From Macrostomum lignano (lineage: Eukaryota): 64,000 nucleotides of DNA. The DNA lies in NCBI GenBank assembly GCA_002269645.1, contig NIVC01001740.1:179160-243159 (forward strand), written 5' to 3'. Shown one piece after another: positions 10,999 to 22,200 of this stretch (its first letter is position 1; each line of letters begins with the position of its first letter). A program made the translations under genes and the position numbers. The notes under the pieces were generated by a model that was given only the letters and a program-made list of their open reading frames with translations, did not search any database and was not told where the DNA came from.

Positions 10999-12859
10999 TA
11001 TGACAATACGCTTTAAATATGCGCGTAATACGCGCGTGCCTGTTGCTTGGGGTATATCGGAAACAAATGCGTCATGCACCTCAAAAGCCTTGTATTTTAT
11101 GAAAATACAGAAGCCGTGTTTGTATTCACTGTTGTTAGGGCCTAGTAATGTTATGTAGCAAATGCAGGTTTCTTAGTGCATACCTTGTTTGTCTTTACTC
11201 TTTACCGAGAGGCAACATTGTTTTAGGCCTATTTGTAGCAGGCCTAATTGTTCTTCCCTAAAAGATCCTACCAAATGTTACCAAGTGGCTTTTTTCTACC
11301 ATTATTTAAATCCCACTATTTAGGCCTATACCTTTATGTAGGCTACTAATCATTCATTATTAGGCCTACTAAGGCTAAAATTACGTATATCTATATGAGC
11401 TAGGCCTATCGTCCATACAAATTACCCTGGTAGCTTGGCTTCAGTGCCCAAGCGGCAAGACACTGCTGACTAGGCCTAGGCCTAATTGCTAAACTAGGCC
11501 TTACATAGTCCAACATGGCATTAGGCCAACCAATCACCAAGGGGTTCTGGCTTTTGAACTGTCTTTCCCGACTTTTAACAATACAATACACCCTGTATTT
11601 CAATTGCAAGTTTACTTAATTACTTAGGCCTATTCCTGGGGAATTCCCCCTCCTTATCTAGCCATCTAGGCAATCCACCCTTCCTTTTCTTTGCAAAATG
11701 CTTATTTCCACACTCTCCTACTGTAGCTGGCAAAATGCCTTTAGTCTATCCAACAGGCTCTTCTATCCTGCAATCTTGCTTAGGCCTAACTCAACAATCA
11801 TTCACTGACTTAGTCTTAGATTCCTCAAATGACTAGGCCTAAGGCAAAAAGACTTCTTAGATTTAGTTTGAACCAAAAAAAGATTAACTAGTTAGGCTAA
11901 TTTTGAAGGTTAAAGTATTTTGGCGTCTATTTCACTTCTTTTTATACTACAAGAAAATATTCCCATTGGCTAAAGGGAATATTAAAAATAATGAATTCCT
12001 ACCAAAAATCATAATTAAAACAACTCTGTTTAGACAGTTTAGTCAGGTCCCTATAACAAAAATGGCTACATCATGAAAAAAATTGTCTAAATAAAACAAA
12101 TAACATATTTAATAAGCTCAATTAGAAATTTGTCAAAGGAGACAGATTTTGGAAGATAGGGCCTAAAGACCCAAGGAAGGTGGCTTTGTATTTTGGTAAA
12201 AAAGTCCTTATATTATTTTTATAATATATTTGCCCTAGTCTATATTTTTTAGGCTTTATTTATTCCGAAAAACTTTAAACTACTATTGACATTCTATTTT
12301 GTCATCTTTCATATTTTATTTATTTATATAAGTAGGCCTAGTATATATCTAATTCAATATTTTATCTTGGTTCTAAGCCTAATATTATATAATTTTCCTA
12401 ATGTTTTCAGCTATACCATATTGATATTAAGTCAAGAACAAAATGGCCTTTGCTTTAAAAAATCTTGTACATATAAAGGTTCTAGATATATTTAGTATAG
12501 TAGTACAATTTTAAAGCATATTGAGAACCCTTATATCTGAGGTAGGTATATATCTTAGCTCATATATGCCCAACCTCAAAATTTCACCCATCCAGTGCCA
12601 TTTAGTTTTGTCTAGATTTGTGACTTAGTTCCTCTCAATTGCAACTTAGTGCCCCTCATTGTGACTTTATTTTCACTTTATATATGACTTTTCTAGCCTT
12701 TTTCTCTTTTTTTCTCTCCTCTTTCCTCTCTCTTTCTTCTCCTTCCTTTCTTTTTCATTTCTCTTCCCTTTCCCATTTTTTTTCCTTTTTGTGTTTTCAA
12801 TTTTGCAACTTATCTTGGCTAGTGGCCATTTCATTTGTCCAGTTTAGACAGGTCAGACA

Positions 12860-13000
12860 AGTGTTAGGCATGTATGTTTAGCTGCCTTTGTTCCTTTAAA
12901 ATAGCTTATGTATTCTTCTCTGCTACTGAACTGAAAGTAGAAAGCTGTTTTGCCAAGTATATATGCCTAAGTGGCCAATCTAGTTATTCTAGTATCTGTG
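12860..13000 (-). mobile_element. Partial copy (one end) of the CACAGATAC-TIR MITE family
   Basis: Reverse complement aligns with the left end of 18623-19040; ends in tagttattctagtatctgtg. Confidence 0.7.
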
Positions 13001-13568
13001 CATTGGCCATAATAGGTTTTGGTATTAATTAGCTATCATAGACTTCATAATTTGACAAATATTTGTCAGAAGTTTGCTAAATATCAGTATACCTATTAAT
13101 AGTAAAATCATATTAAAGGTCACTTGCTGTTTAAACTGCCTAGGTACTTTATTAGCATAATTGCCATTGCTAGATTGCTATTGACATTTCAATACCATCA
13201 CCTTACCATGGCTAATAGCAGCACCAAACAGCTGGACAATAGCATAATTTGCTAGCTTAGCAATGGGATTGCTCTTGCTACCTTGACAAACAATAGAAAT
13301 TGTTTGCCTTAGACATCAGAGTGAAATGGCTACCTGTACTTTCCAAATATGCACAAGCATGCAGACCTGACCATGGTGTCACTGGCCAGTCTCAAAGCCT
13401 AAGTTGCTGTTCATTCATGTGTTAGCAGTACATCAAACTGATACACCATATCACTCTAGCCATGACAACTTCAGAATTACCAGCTAAATGCAGATAATAA
13501 GAACTAATAAGGAAGGGCACTATAATATCTTCTTTATAAAATTAATTATAAATTCAGCTAGTCCTACC

Positions 13569-14186
13569 CACAGATACTAGAATAACTAGATATGTCACTC
13601 GCAAAAAATGTGTTTCTCTACTCTTTTCAGTAGCAAAATTAGCGTTTTTTGCCTTTATAAAAGTAAAATTAAAATTTATCTTCTTTTAAACAAAATTTTA
13701 AGTTTTTAAAGCTGCAAAATTTGTCTCTGCCTTATTCTACAAGCAGGCTAATTAAAAAAGCATGTCTGCTAAGTTTTACTGGTTCAAAAATAAACAAATT
13801 TAAGACTTAAGACTGTAGAAAACTATAAAAATATAAAATTCCCAAATTTAGTGCTTGGCATAGCGAGCAAGAGAGAATTAGTGCTGGCGCCCAGACATCT
13901 CTCTACTGCTCTTTCATTGGCTGAGCTAGGTTAGGCCTGCCCCCCCCCCCCTAGGCTGAGTTTTGTCCCGTCTTGCATTTATTTGTGTACATTGAGTTAA
14001 CAAATGCTTGTTCATTCTTAACCCCATATGCTCTTGAGGCCACAAGCTCTGAGGAAGGAAAGGAATTTTACCTTCTACATCAAATTTAAATTACATTAGC
14101 GCAGACAACTACTGAAAAAGAGTAGAGGCTCTACTTGTTCACAATTTTAATTGCGAGTGACATATCTAGTTATTCTAGTATCTGTG
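13569..14186. mobile_element. P-element-superfamily-like MITE (618 bp)
   Basis: Perfect 36-bp TIR CACAGATACTAGAATAACTAGATATGTCACTCGCAA and a perfect 8-bp TSD GTCCTACC (13561-13568; 14187-14194). CANRG termini with an 8-bp TSD fit the P superfamily. Confidence 0.85.
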
Positions 14187-14324
14187 GTCCTACCCTAGCT
14201 TAATCAGGTGGCTTTAAATGGGTCCTTATCTGAAAATTCACAGCACAATTTGTCTCAAAACATATATAATAAATTTTTCATTTCATAATTCCATTCATGA
14301 AGCCGGCCAAAGCCCCTGGCACCA

Positions 14325-15614
14325 ATGCACAGACCAACAACCTTTGTCAATTCACGTCTCCGACGCGGTGAACCTCGTGGTGGTGGCAGCACAGGAGGCT
14401 GCGGCCCACAGTGGTCAGGTAATCCTGATCCTCTGCAGCAGCAAAGCATATCTGAAGAAGATATTGAGCGGGAAAGACTCAGGCTAGAACGGCAGCTGCA
14501 TCTGCAGCAGCAGCAGAGACAGCTACAGCCGAACCGCGGCAATGCAGGGTTCCCCGCTAGACGTCCGTACTGTTTTGGCTATCCATACGGCGGTGCCAGT
14601 GCTGGCAGCCACCGGCCCGAACAGGAGTGGCAGAATCCGGTTGTTGCTGATGACCGAGCTGGCCCCAATGGCCCGGCCGCTAACGGCAGAGGCGGCGGCC
14701 GACGCAGGGGAAGGAACCGTCAGCAGCAGCAATATGCTGACGAGTTTGAGCACGAATGTGAGCGCGGATATTTGATTTGACACTGTGGTAGATATGGTGA
14801 TCTAATTGAGTGGATTTTTTAGATTAGAGACAGGTGGGGCTGTACGCACATTGGCGAACTTTAAGCGACATTGTCGCAAAACCGGCGAGAGGCATTACTG
14901 CGCGGATACGTACGCAGTCATACGCACAGGCACACACTCACACAGGAGTGTACAGCGGCCCTAACTTTATTTATCGTCAGGCATGTACACTTCACTGGGG
15001 TTGACCCTCAAGGCCGTTAATTGCACGAGCAGAGCCAAGCCGAGATTTCAATTTAGCCCCAAATTAATGTGACTGCACCTGGAATCGAGCCTGGGCCGCT
15101 GGCACATTGGAGCGCCGTGCTGGACCACTGGGCTACCCCCCTCCCCCCTAATTGAAAGGTTGAATGTGATCACGTGATGCTCACCAAGAGTTCACCTCCA
15201 CTAACTAATACCGCAGACCAAGTTGAGCGCCATATCGAGCCGTTGCCAACTGCAACCGGCGCATTTAGCGTCACAATTCAAAACGATCGCTGCCGGAATG
15301 CCGACCCCGATAGAGGCGGCAGCGGCGGCGGCGGAGGCCGTCGCCGAAAGTCTCGTCGAAATCGTCGCGCCATTGGCGGTCGCGGCGGCGGCGATGTCGG
15401 TGATGTCGGAGCGATGCCTGGCGAAGTCGAAGGCGCCACCCCGGCGGTGCCGGAAGACGGCGGCTTCATCGACGACGATCTGGACGGCGTCGGGGCCGGT
15501 GTCGGCGGCGACGCTGGCGGCGGAGGCGGTGGCAGCTGGGAGCAGCAGCTTGTCGCCGACGAGATTCGGCAGAAAGCGGCGGCTGCGGCCGCTACTGCAG
15601 ATGCTTCGAATTGA
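14325..15614 (+). CDS. Two-exon gene for a ~276-aa Gly/Arg/Gln-rich disordered protein of unknown function (may have further 5' exons)
   Basis: Exons 14325-14757 and 15217-15614. GTGAGC donor and CTAAC branch site + ccgcag acceptor are both phase 1, joining ...EFEHEY-QVERHIE... GC-rich coding-like composition; no recognisable domain. Confidence 0.55.
14815..15141 (-). mobile_element. tRNA-derived SINE, family A, copy 2 (intronic, antisense)
   Basis: On the minus strand: GTAGCCCAGTGG (box A), GCTCGATTCC (box B) and an A-rich tail. Homologous to 306-665. Confidence 0.8.
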
Positions 15615-16639
15615 AGTTTCTTAGCAATGCAATCGGAGTCCAAGTTTATTGTTTCTTTATATTTAACTTGCTTTCTATGCTAAGCCTCTCCGTAAAAATT
15701 AAATTAGCCTGGGGAAATTGGAGATATTTCCAGCAGAATGCGGTAGTAATCAGAGGTGAGGGTGTTGGTTAAAAAAATTGCACTACACACGGACTGAAAT
15801 TTCTGTGCGCCGTTCTGTTCTGCTCGCTTTGGTGCCGTACCTTCATTTTTGGTGCCATGTTTTTTAGCTACTTTTCTAGTAGGAACTGTAGCATTTTATA
15901 CTGAAAAGTTGTTATCTTTCACAAATAATCGATTTTTCTCATGCAGAGTTTGAAAACTTCTCTCATCCCATGCTTTTTAAAGCAGAGCTGCTGGCTTGAC
16001 CAACTGACAGGCTTGTCCAGTGTCAGACAGTCCCTATCTGACAGGCTCATTTAGTGTCAGACGGTCCCTTTCTGACAGGCTAATTTAGTGACAGACGGCT
16101 CTAAAACATTATGTTCATATGTACAGCACACTGTCAGCTCTGTTTACGAGTATCAAAAGGATTTACCTTGTGCATTATGGTTCCTAGTTTTATCATTGTC
16201 GGCGCACTTTTTACTAATTTTATTGCATGATAAAGTTTAGAAGTTTAGAAATTCTAGAAGCTTTCTGGCTCTTGATTATTATTTTATTCCTTGATGATTA
16301 TTATTGTGTTTTATAGAATCATTTGCAATGCTTTTGCAATGCGAAGTCTGAGGTATTGCAGTTGAGTCACAATAACACTTGGCATCAATCAACTCAGCTA
16401 AATAGTTTTTAATGATTTTAAATATTTGAATTTACTTATGTGGTACACAGGACAAGGCGTCACTAAAATGGAACGCGTCTTCAGAACAAATATAAGAATT
16501 TCTTGACCGTAAAATCTGGCCTTTTCCTCTTTTCATAAGTGCAAACTCTTGCATGTGCTTCTTTGTGGATAACTGAATATGGACACGTGGCTTTCCTATT
16601 TTTCTGCATAAATTTAAAAGGGTTCAATTAAGGCTGGTT

Positions 16640-17892
16640 AGAATGGAGCTGGGGTGAGGGGTTGGAATGGAGCTGGGGTGAGGGGTTGGAATGGGGCTGG
16701 GGTGAGGGGTTGGAATGGAGCTGGATTGAGGGGTTGGAATGGAGCTGGGGTGAGGGGTTGGAATGGAGCTGGGGTGATGGGTTGGAATGGGGCTGGGGTG
16801 AGGGGTTGGAATGGGGCTGGGGTGAGGGGTTGGAATGGGGCTGGGGTGAGGGGTTGGAATGGGGCTGGGGTGAGGGTTTGGAATGGGGCTGGGGTGAGGG
16901 GTTGGAATGGAGCTGGGGTGAGGGGTTGGAATGGAGCTGGGGTGATGGGTTGGAATGGGGCTGGGGTGAGGGGTTGGAATGGGGCTGGGGTGAGGGGTTG
17001 GAATGGGGCTGGGGTGAGGGTTTGGAATGGGGCTGGGGTGAGGGGTTGGAATGGAGCTGGGGTGATGGGTTGGAATGGGGCTGGGGTGAGGGGTTGGAAT
17101 GGGGCTGGGGTGAGGGGTTGGAATGGGGCTGGGGTGAGGGGTTAGAATGGAGCTGGGGTGAGGGGTTGGAATGGGGCTGGGGTGAGGGTTTGGAATGGGG
17201 CTGGGGTGAGGGGTTGGAATGGGGCTGGGGTGAGGGGTTGGAATGGGGCTGGGGTGAGGGGTTAGAATGGAGCTGGGGTGAGGGGTTGGAATGGGGCTGG
17301 GGTGAGGGGTTGGAATGGGGCTGGGGTGAGGGGTTGGAATGGGGCTGGGGTGAGGGGTTAGAATGGAGCTGGGGTGAGGGGTTGGAATGGGGCTGGGGTG
17401 AGGGGTTGGAATGGGGCTGGGGTGAGGGGTTGGAATGGGGCTGGGGTGAGGGGTTGGAATGGAGCTGGGGTGAGGGGTTGGAATGGAGCTGGGGTGAGGG
17501 GTTGGAATGGAGCTGGGGTGAGGGGTTGGAATGGGGCCGGGGTGAGGGGTTGGAATGGGGCCGGGGTGAGGGGTTGGAATGGGACTGGGGTGAGGGTTTG
17601 GAATGGGGCTGGGGTGAGGGGTTGGAATGGGGCTGGGGTGAGGGGTTGGAATGGGGCTGGGGTGAGGGGTTAGAATGGAGCTGGGGTGAGGGGTTGGAAT
17701 GGGGCTGGGGTGAGGGGTTGGAATGGGGCTGGGGTGAGGGGTTGGAATGGGGCTGGGGTGAGGGGTTAGAATGGAGCTGGGGTGAGGGGTTGGAATGGGG
17801 CTGGGGTGAGGGGTTGGAATGGGGCTGGGGTGAGGGGTTGGAATGGGGCTGGGGTGAGGGGTTGGAATGGGGCCTGGGTGAGGGGTTGGAAT
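16640..17892. repeat. 24-bp G-rich minisatellite (ggaatggggctggggtgaggggtt), ~52 copies
   Basis: Homogeneous tandem array seen directly. Confidence 0.97.
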
Positions 17893-18622
17893 TGTAATGA
17901 TTTAACGGACTGGAAGGAAAGCAAAGCAGTAGAAAAAAATAATTCGATTTCTCAAATTATAAAACTGTTGACATCTTTCAATGAAGCTTATTAAGCCACA
18001 TAGTTCTACACACAATTAATTAAAATATTTATTAATTCATTTAAACTGATAGTGAATGGTAATAAATTTCACAACTAGCTGCTAGAGTCTATTTATTGGA
18101 ATGTTAGCTGGAGCAAGCAGCAGGAATTGATCAATTTATGGAATGTAGCAAAGCTTCTCAGTAAAATACGAGTTTGAAAAAAACCTACAACTCTGTGTTT
18201 GAGCCAAGAAAAGCGTACAAATATAAAAATTGATTGAGAAACTCTGCAATTTATTACAAAAATAAACAGTTCAGTTGGAAGACCGAAAAAACCCGATGTG
18301 TTCCAAAATTTCAAGTGTAACTGACTGAGCAAAATCTGCAGTAATTAAAACGCAATTAATTACAACTTGATTGAAATAAAATACACAATATGGCACTGTT
18401 TAACACGCGGAATTAAAGCTTAAAATCAAATAATCTTCCCACAACCAGCGCACTGTTTAACACGTGGAACTCGTACAGAGAGTGCAACGGCTTTTGTGAC
18501 TTTCTAATCATTCAGGAATGTATTACACTCTGTGCGTGTGCCTTTCGGGTTGGCCGTCATGGGTGTCAACTGAACGACAGACAACCTCCCGGCCAATTTT
18601 ATTCGTGCACACAATCCCCAAT

Positions 18623-19040
18623 CACAGATACTAAAATAACTAGATAGGCCACTCGGGCATCTTAGTAAAAAGGCTTTCTACTTTCAGTTCAGTAGCAAAT
18701 AAGAATACCTAAGCTATTTTATAAAAAAAGGCAGCTGAAATGACTTTGATAAGTTTAGAAGCCCAAGCTTGCAGGCGTAAACAGCTTGCTAATTGGTTCA
18801 GCAGTAATGTACATTGGCCAGTCCACTGAAATGTACATGACAGCTTTAGGGTGGAATTCTGAGAAAGCCAATAAAAATTGAGGCGGGGCGGTTGTAAGTT
18901 TAAGCTGGGGGGTAGGAGCCATTAAATGAACCTTGGCTTTAAAAATACATTAAAATGCTTCTGTTTAACTTACTACTGAACTGAAAGTAGCTTACACGAA
19001 AATGTTCCGAGCGGCCCATCCAGTTATTCTGGTATCTGTG
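18623..19040. mobile_element. MITE related to 13569-14186 (CACAGATAC TIRs)
   Basis: Starts cacagatactaaaataactag and ends cagttattctggtatctgtg; TSD not preserved. Confidence 0.7.
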
Positions 19041-19240
19041 GCTCTAACCAAATAAATGTGGCCGCGCACCAGCCTCCAGAAAAATCCTTCTACTTCAGAA
19101 TTTCATAGTTTAACTCCATGCCAAACACGAATGACAAACTTTTGACGCAGAGTTGATCTTCAAAAGTTCAGCTAGCTTGGGGTGAGAATTGTAGCAGTGA
19201 AATGAAATCAGTGAGCCTTAAAAAACAGCTAGCGGAATCT

Positions 19241-22200
19241 CTACAACTGAAACTTGTCCCCCACTCTGCTCTGCTGGCTGCTGTCGCCTTCAGCATCAGC
19301 CAGGCCTTCGCTGCGCATCCAGCTCTCCATCTCGCGCAGCTCAGCCTCCGAGTCGGGCAGGTTGCCGGGATTCGAAACCGGCTCCGCTGCGGCGGCCCTC
19401 GACGGCGGCTGCGGCGGCGGATCGTCTTCGGACAGGTCGATGAGGTTCACCCCGACTGTGGCGGCGCTCAGCGGCTCCTGCAGCTGCTGCCTGGTTGCCG
19501 AGGAATCCGCGGTCTCCCGCGGTGGCGGCGGGCGCGAGTTCTCGAACCGATCGAAGCGTAGAAATGCCGAATTCAATTCGTCATTGACGCGTAGGAGCTC
19601 GCTGAGAACGGACTCGCTGGATAGCTGCACGAATGAGTAGAAACAGGTTTTATGAATCCCAGATCCCTAATTTATCCAAACTCTCAATTCTTTTATTTCT
19701 CTTCCCGTTCTAAATTTCATAATTCCATTGAATGAGAGCTGGAACTGCTTGCATAGAATCAAATGTTTCTATTAAAAATCTCAACAAATCAATATTCGCG
19801 GGGAGGGGGCATCATAAACCCGAAAAATCATAAACCAGAAATATCATAAATCCGAAATATCATAAACCTAAAATATCACAAACCCGAAATATCATAAACC
19901 TAAAATATCACAAACCCGAAATATCATAAACCTAAAATATCATAAATTTAAACTATCATAAGCCCGAAATATCATAAACGTAAAATGTCATAAACCTAAA
20001 ATATCACGAACCCGAAATGTCACATAAACCTAAAATATAAATCCGACATATTATAAACCCGAAATATAAATAACCCGAAATATTATAAACCTAAAATATC
20101 ACAAACCCGAAATGTAACACAAACCTAAAATATCATAAATCCGATATATTATAAACCCGAAAAATCAAAAACATGAAATATCATAAACCAGAAATATCAT
20201 AACTCCAAAAGTTCTAGCAATGTCAAACACTATTTTGGTTTTCGGAGTTATGACACTTCGGGGTTTATGATATTTCTGGTTTATGATTTTGGCCCATTCG
20301 CAGGAGGGCTGCGGACAGCCTGGCACAACGGCTTCGGCGACATCGCCCCTACAATTGGCGCTGAAGGCAGTTCTGCCCCTTCCACTGACTCCTGAGCTGA
20401 TACAACAGGCATGTACAGTCTCTGTGCCTTGGGGGCTGGCCCTCATGGATGTGAATGGCCCTCATTATTTTCCTGCATAATGTGGCCGATTCTGGATTAA
20501 TAAGAATTTCTAAATCCCAACTATTATCCCACAGATCCCACAAATTCTGTATTTACCCGATAGTGATTGACAGGATCTAGGACTATCAATTCCCTAATGA
20601 ATTCCATAGATTGGAGGCAGATATAACTCATAAAATCCTCTAGATTTATGCAATAGGCGGGATTAAAAGTCCATAAATTTCCATATTATCTTTATTTAAA
20701 AGCTTTAAATATCCCAATATGCGTGAATTGCGGTCCTACAAAAATGTCACATTTATCTTATACATGTGAATTAAAATATCTCATGAGAAATCCTAAACTT
20801 TTTCTATTTATAGAGTATGGGGTATCTTATGAATCCCCATCAACTCATAAGTCCCCATGACCTCATAAATCCCCGTGACCTCATAAATCCCCATGAACTC
20901 ATAAATCACCATAAACTCATAAATCCCCATGAGCTCATAAATCTCCATGACCTCATAAATCCCCATGAGCTCATAAATCCCCATGACCTCATAAATCCAA
21001 ATAACCTCATAAATCCCCATGACCTCATAAATCCCATGACCTCATAAATCCCCATGACCTCATAAATCCGGCAAATCCCCATGACCTAATGAATCCCCAT
21101 GAGCTCATAAATCCCAAACCGAGCACACTTGCCTGTCCCAGCAGCTCCATCACTCGCTGCTGCATTTTCCTATTAACTGAATTGAGCTGGCGCATCAGCT
21201 GCAAATCCTCAGGCTGAGCCGTACCGTTGGCAGCTTCCGTCAGCAACTCGTTGAATATTCGACAATTTGTGCACACCTGATCCACGTCCGACTTCAGCTT
21301 GCCGAGCTGATGAGGCGTCAGCTGACCAACAGGCTGGGGCGGTGGCTGCTGCCGCTGCTGCTGCGGCCTGCCAGTCATTGAAGTCGGCCTCTGCGCCTGC
21401 GGCAGCCGAGGCCTTGGCGACACGGAAGCCGCAGCAGAACTTGCCGCCGAGTTTGTCGCTGCAGCAGAGGCAGCCGAATTGGCCTCCTGGTTTGAGTAGT
21501 TTGAGTAGGTCTGCAGAGACTCGTAGGTGGACGCCGGGTCGGGAAACTGAACGCCTTTGCTGCGCAGTTCTTTGATCACCCGGTCCACCTCTCTCAGCTC
21601 CGGCCGGTCGCTGAAGGTGTCCGACCAGGACATCAGCAGCTGCAGCACCTGAGTGATTTGGTAATGGTTAGCTAGCTGTCTTTAGACACTGTCCTGTGAT
21701 CAGCTACCTGTCTTTAGACCCTGTCCTGTGATCAGCTACCTGTCTTTAGACCCTGACCTGTGATCAGCTACCTGTCTTTAGACCCTGTCCTGTGATCAGC
21801 TACCTGTCTTTAGACCCTGTCCTGTGATCAGCTACCTGTCTTTAGACCCTGTCCTGTGATCAGCTACCTGTCTTTAGACCCTGACCTGTGATCAGCTACC
21901 TGTCTTTAGACCCTGTCCTGTGATCAGCTACCTGTCTTTAGACCCTGTCCTGTGATCAGCTACCTGTCTTTAGACCCTGACCTGTGATCAGCTACCTGTC
22001 TTTAGACCCTGTCCTGTGATCAGCTACCTGTCTTTAGACCCTGTCCTGTGATCAGCTACCTGTCTTTAGACCCTGTCCTGTGATCAGCTACCTGTCTTTA
22101 GACCCTGTCCTGTGATCAGCTACCTGTCTTTAGACCCTGTCCTGTGATCAGCTACCTGTCTTTAGACCCTGTCCTATGATCCGCTACCTGTCTTTAGACC

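Noticed and set aside
16654-17897. WGEGLE / GVRGWNGA repeat ORFs
   Set aside because: The 24-bp unit is stop-free in more than one frame; no splice context or unique flanking coding sequence.
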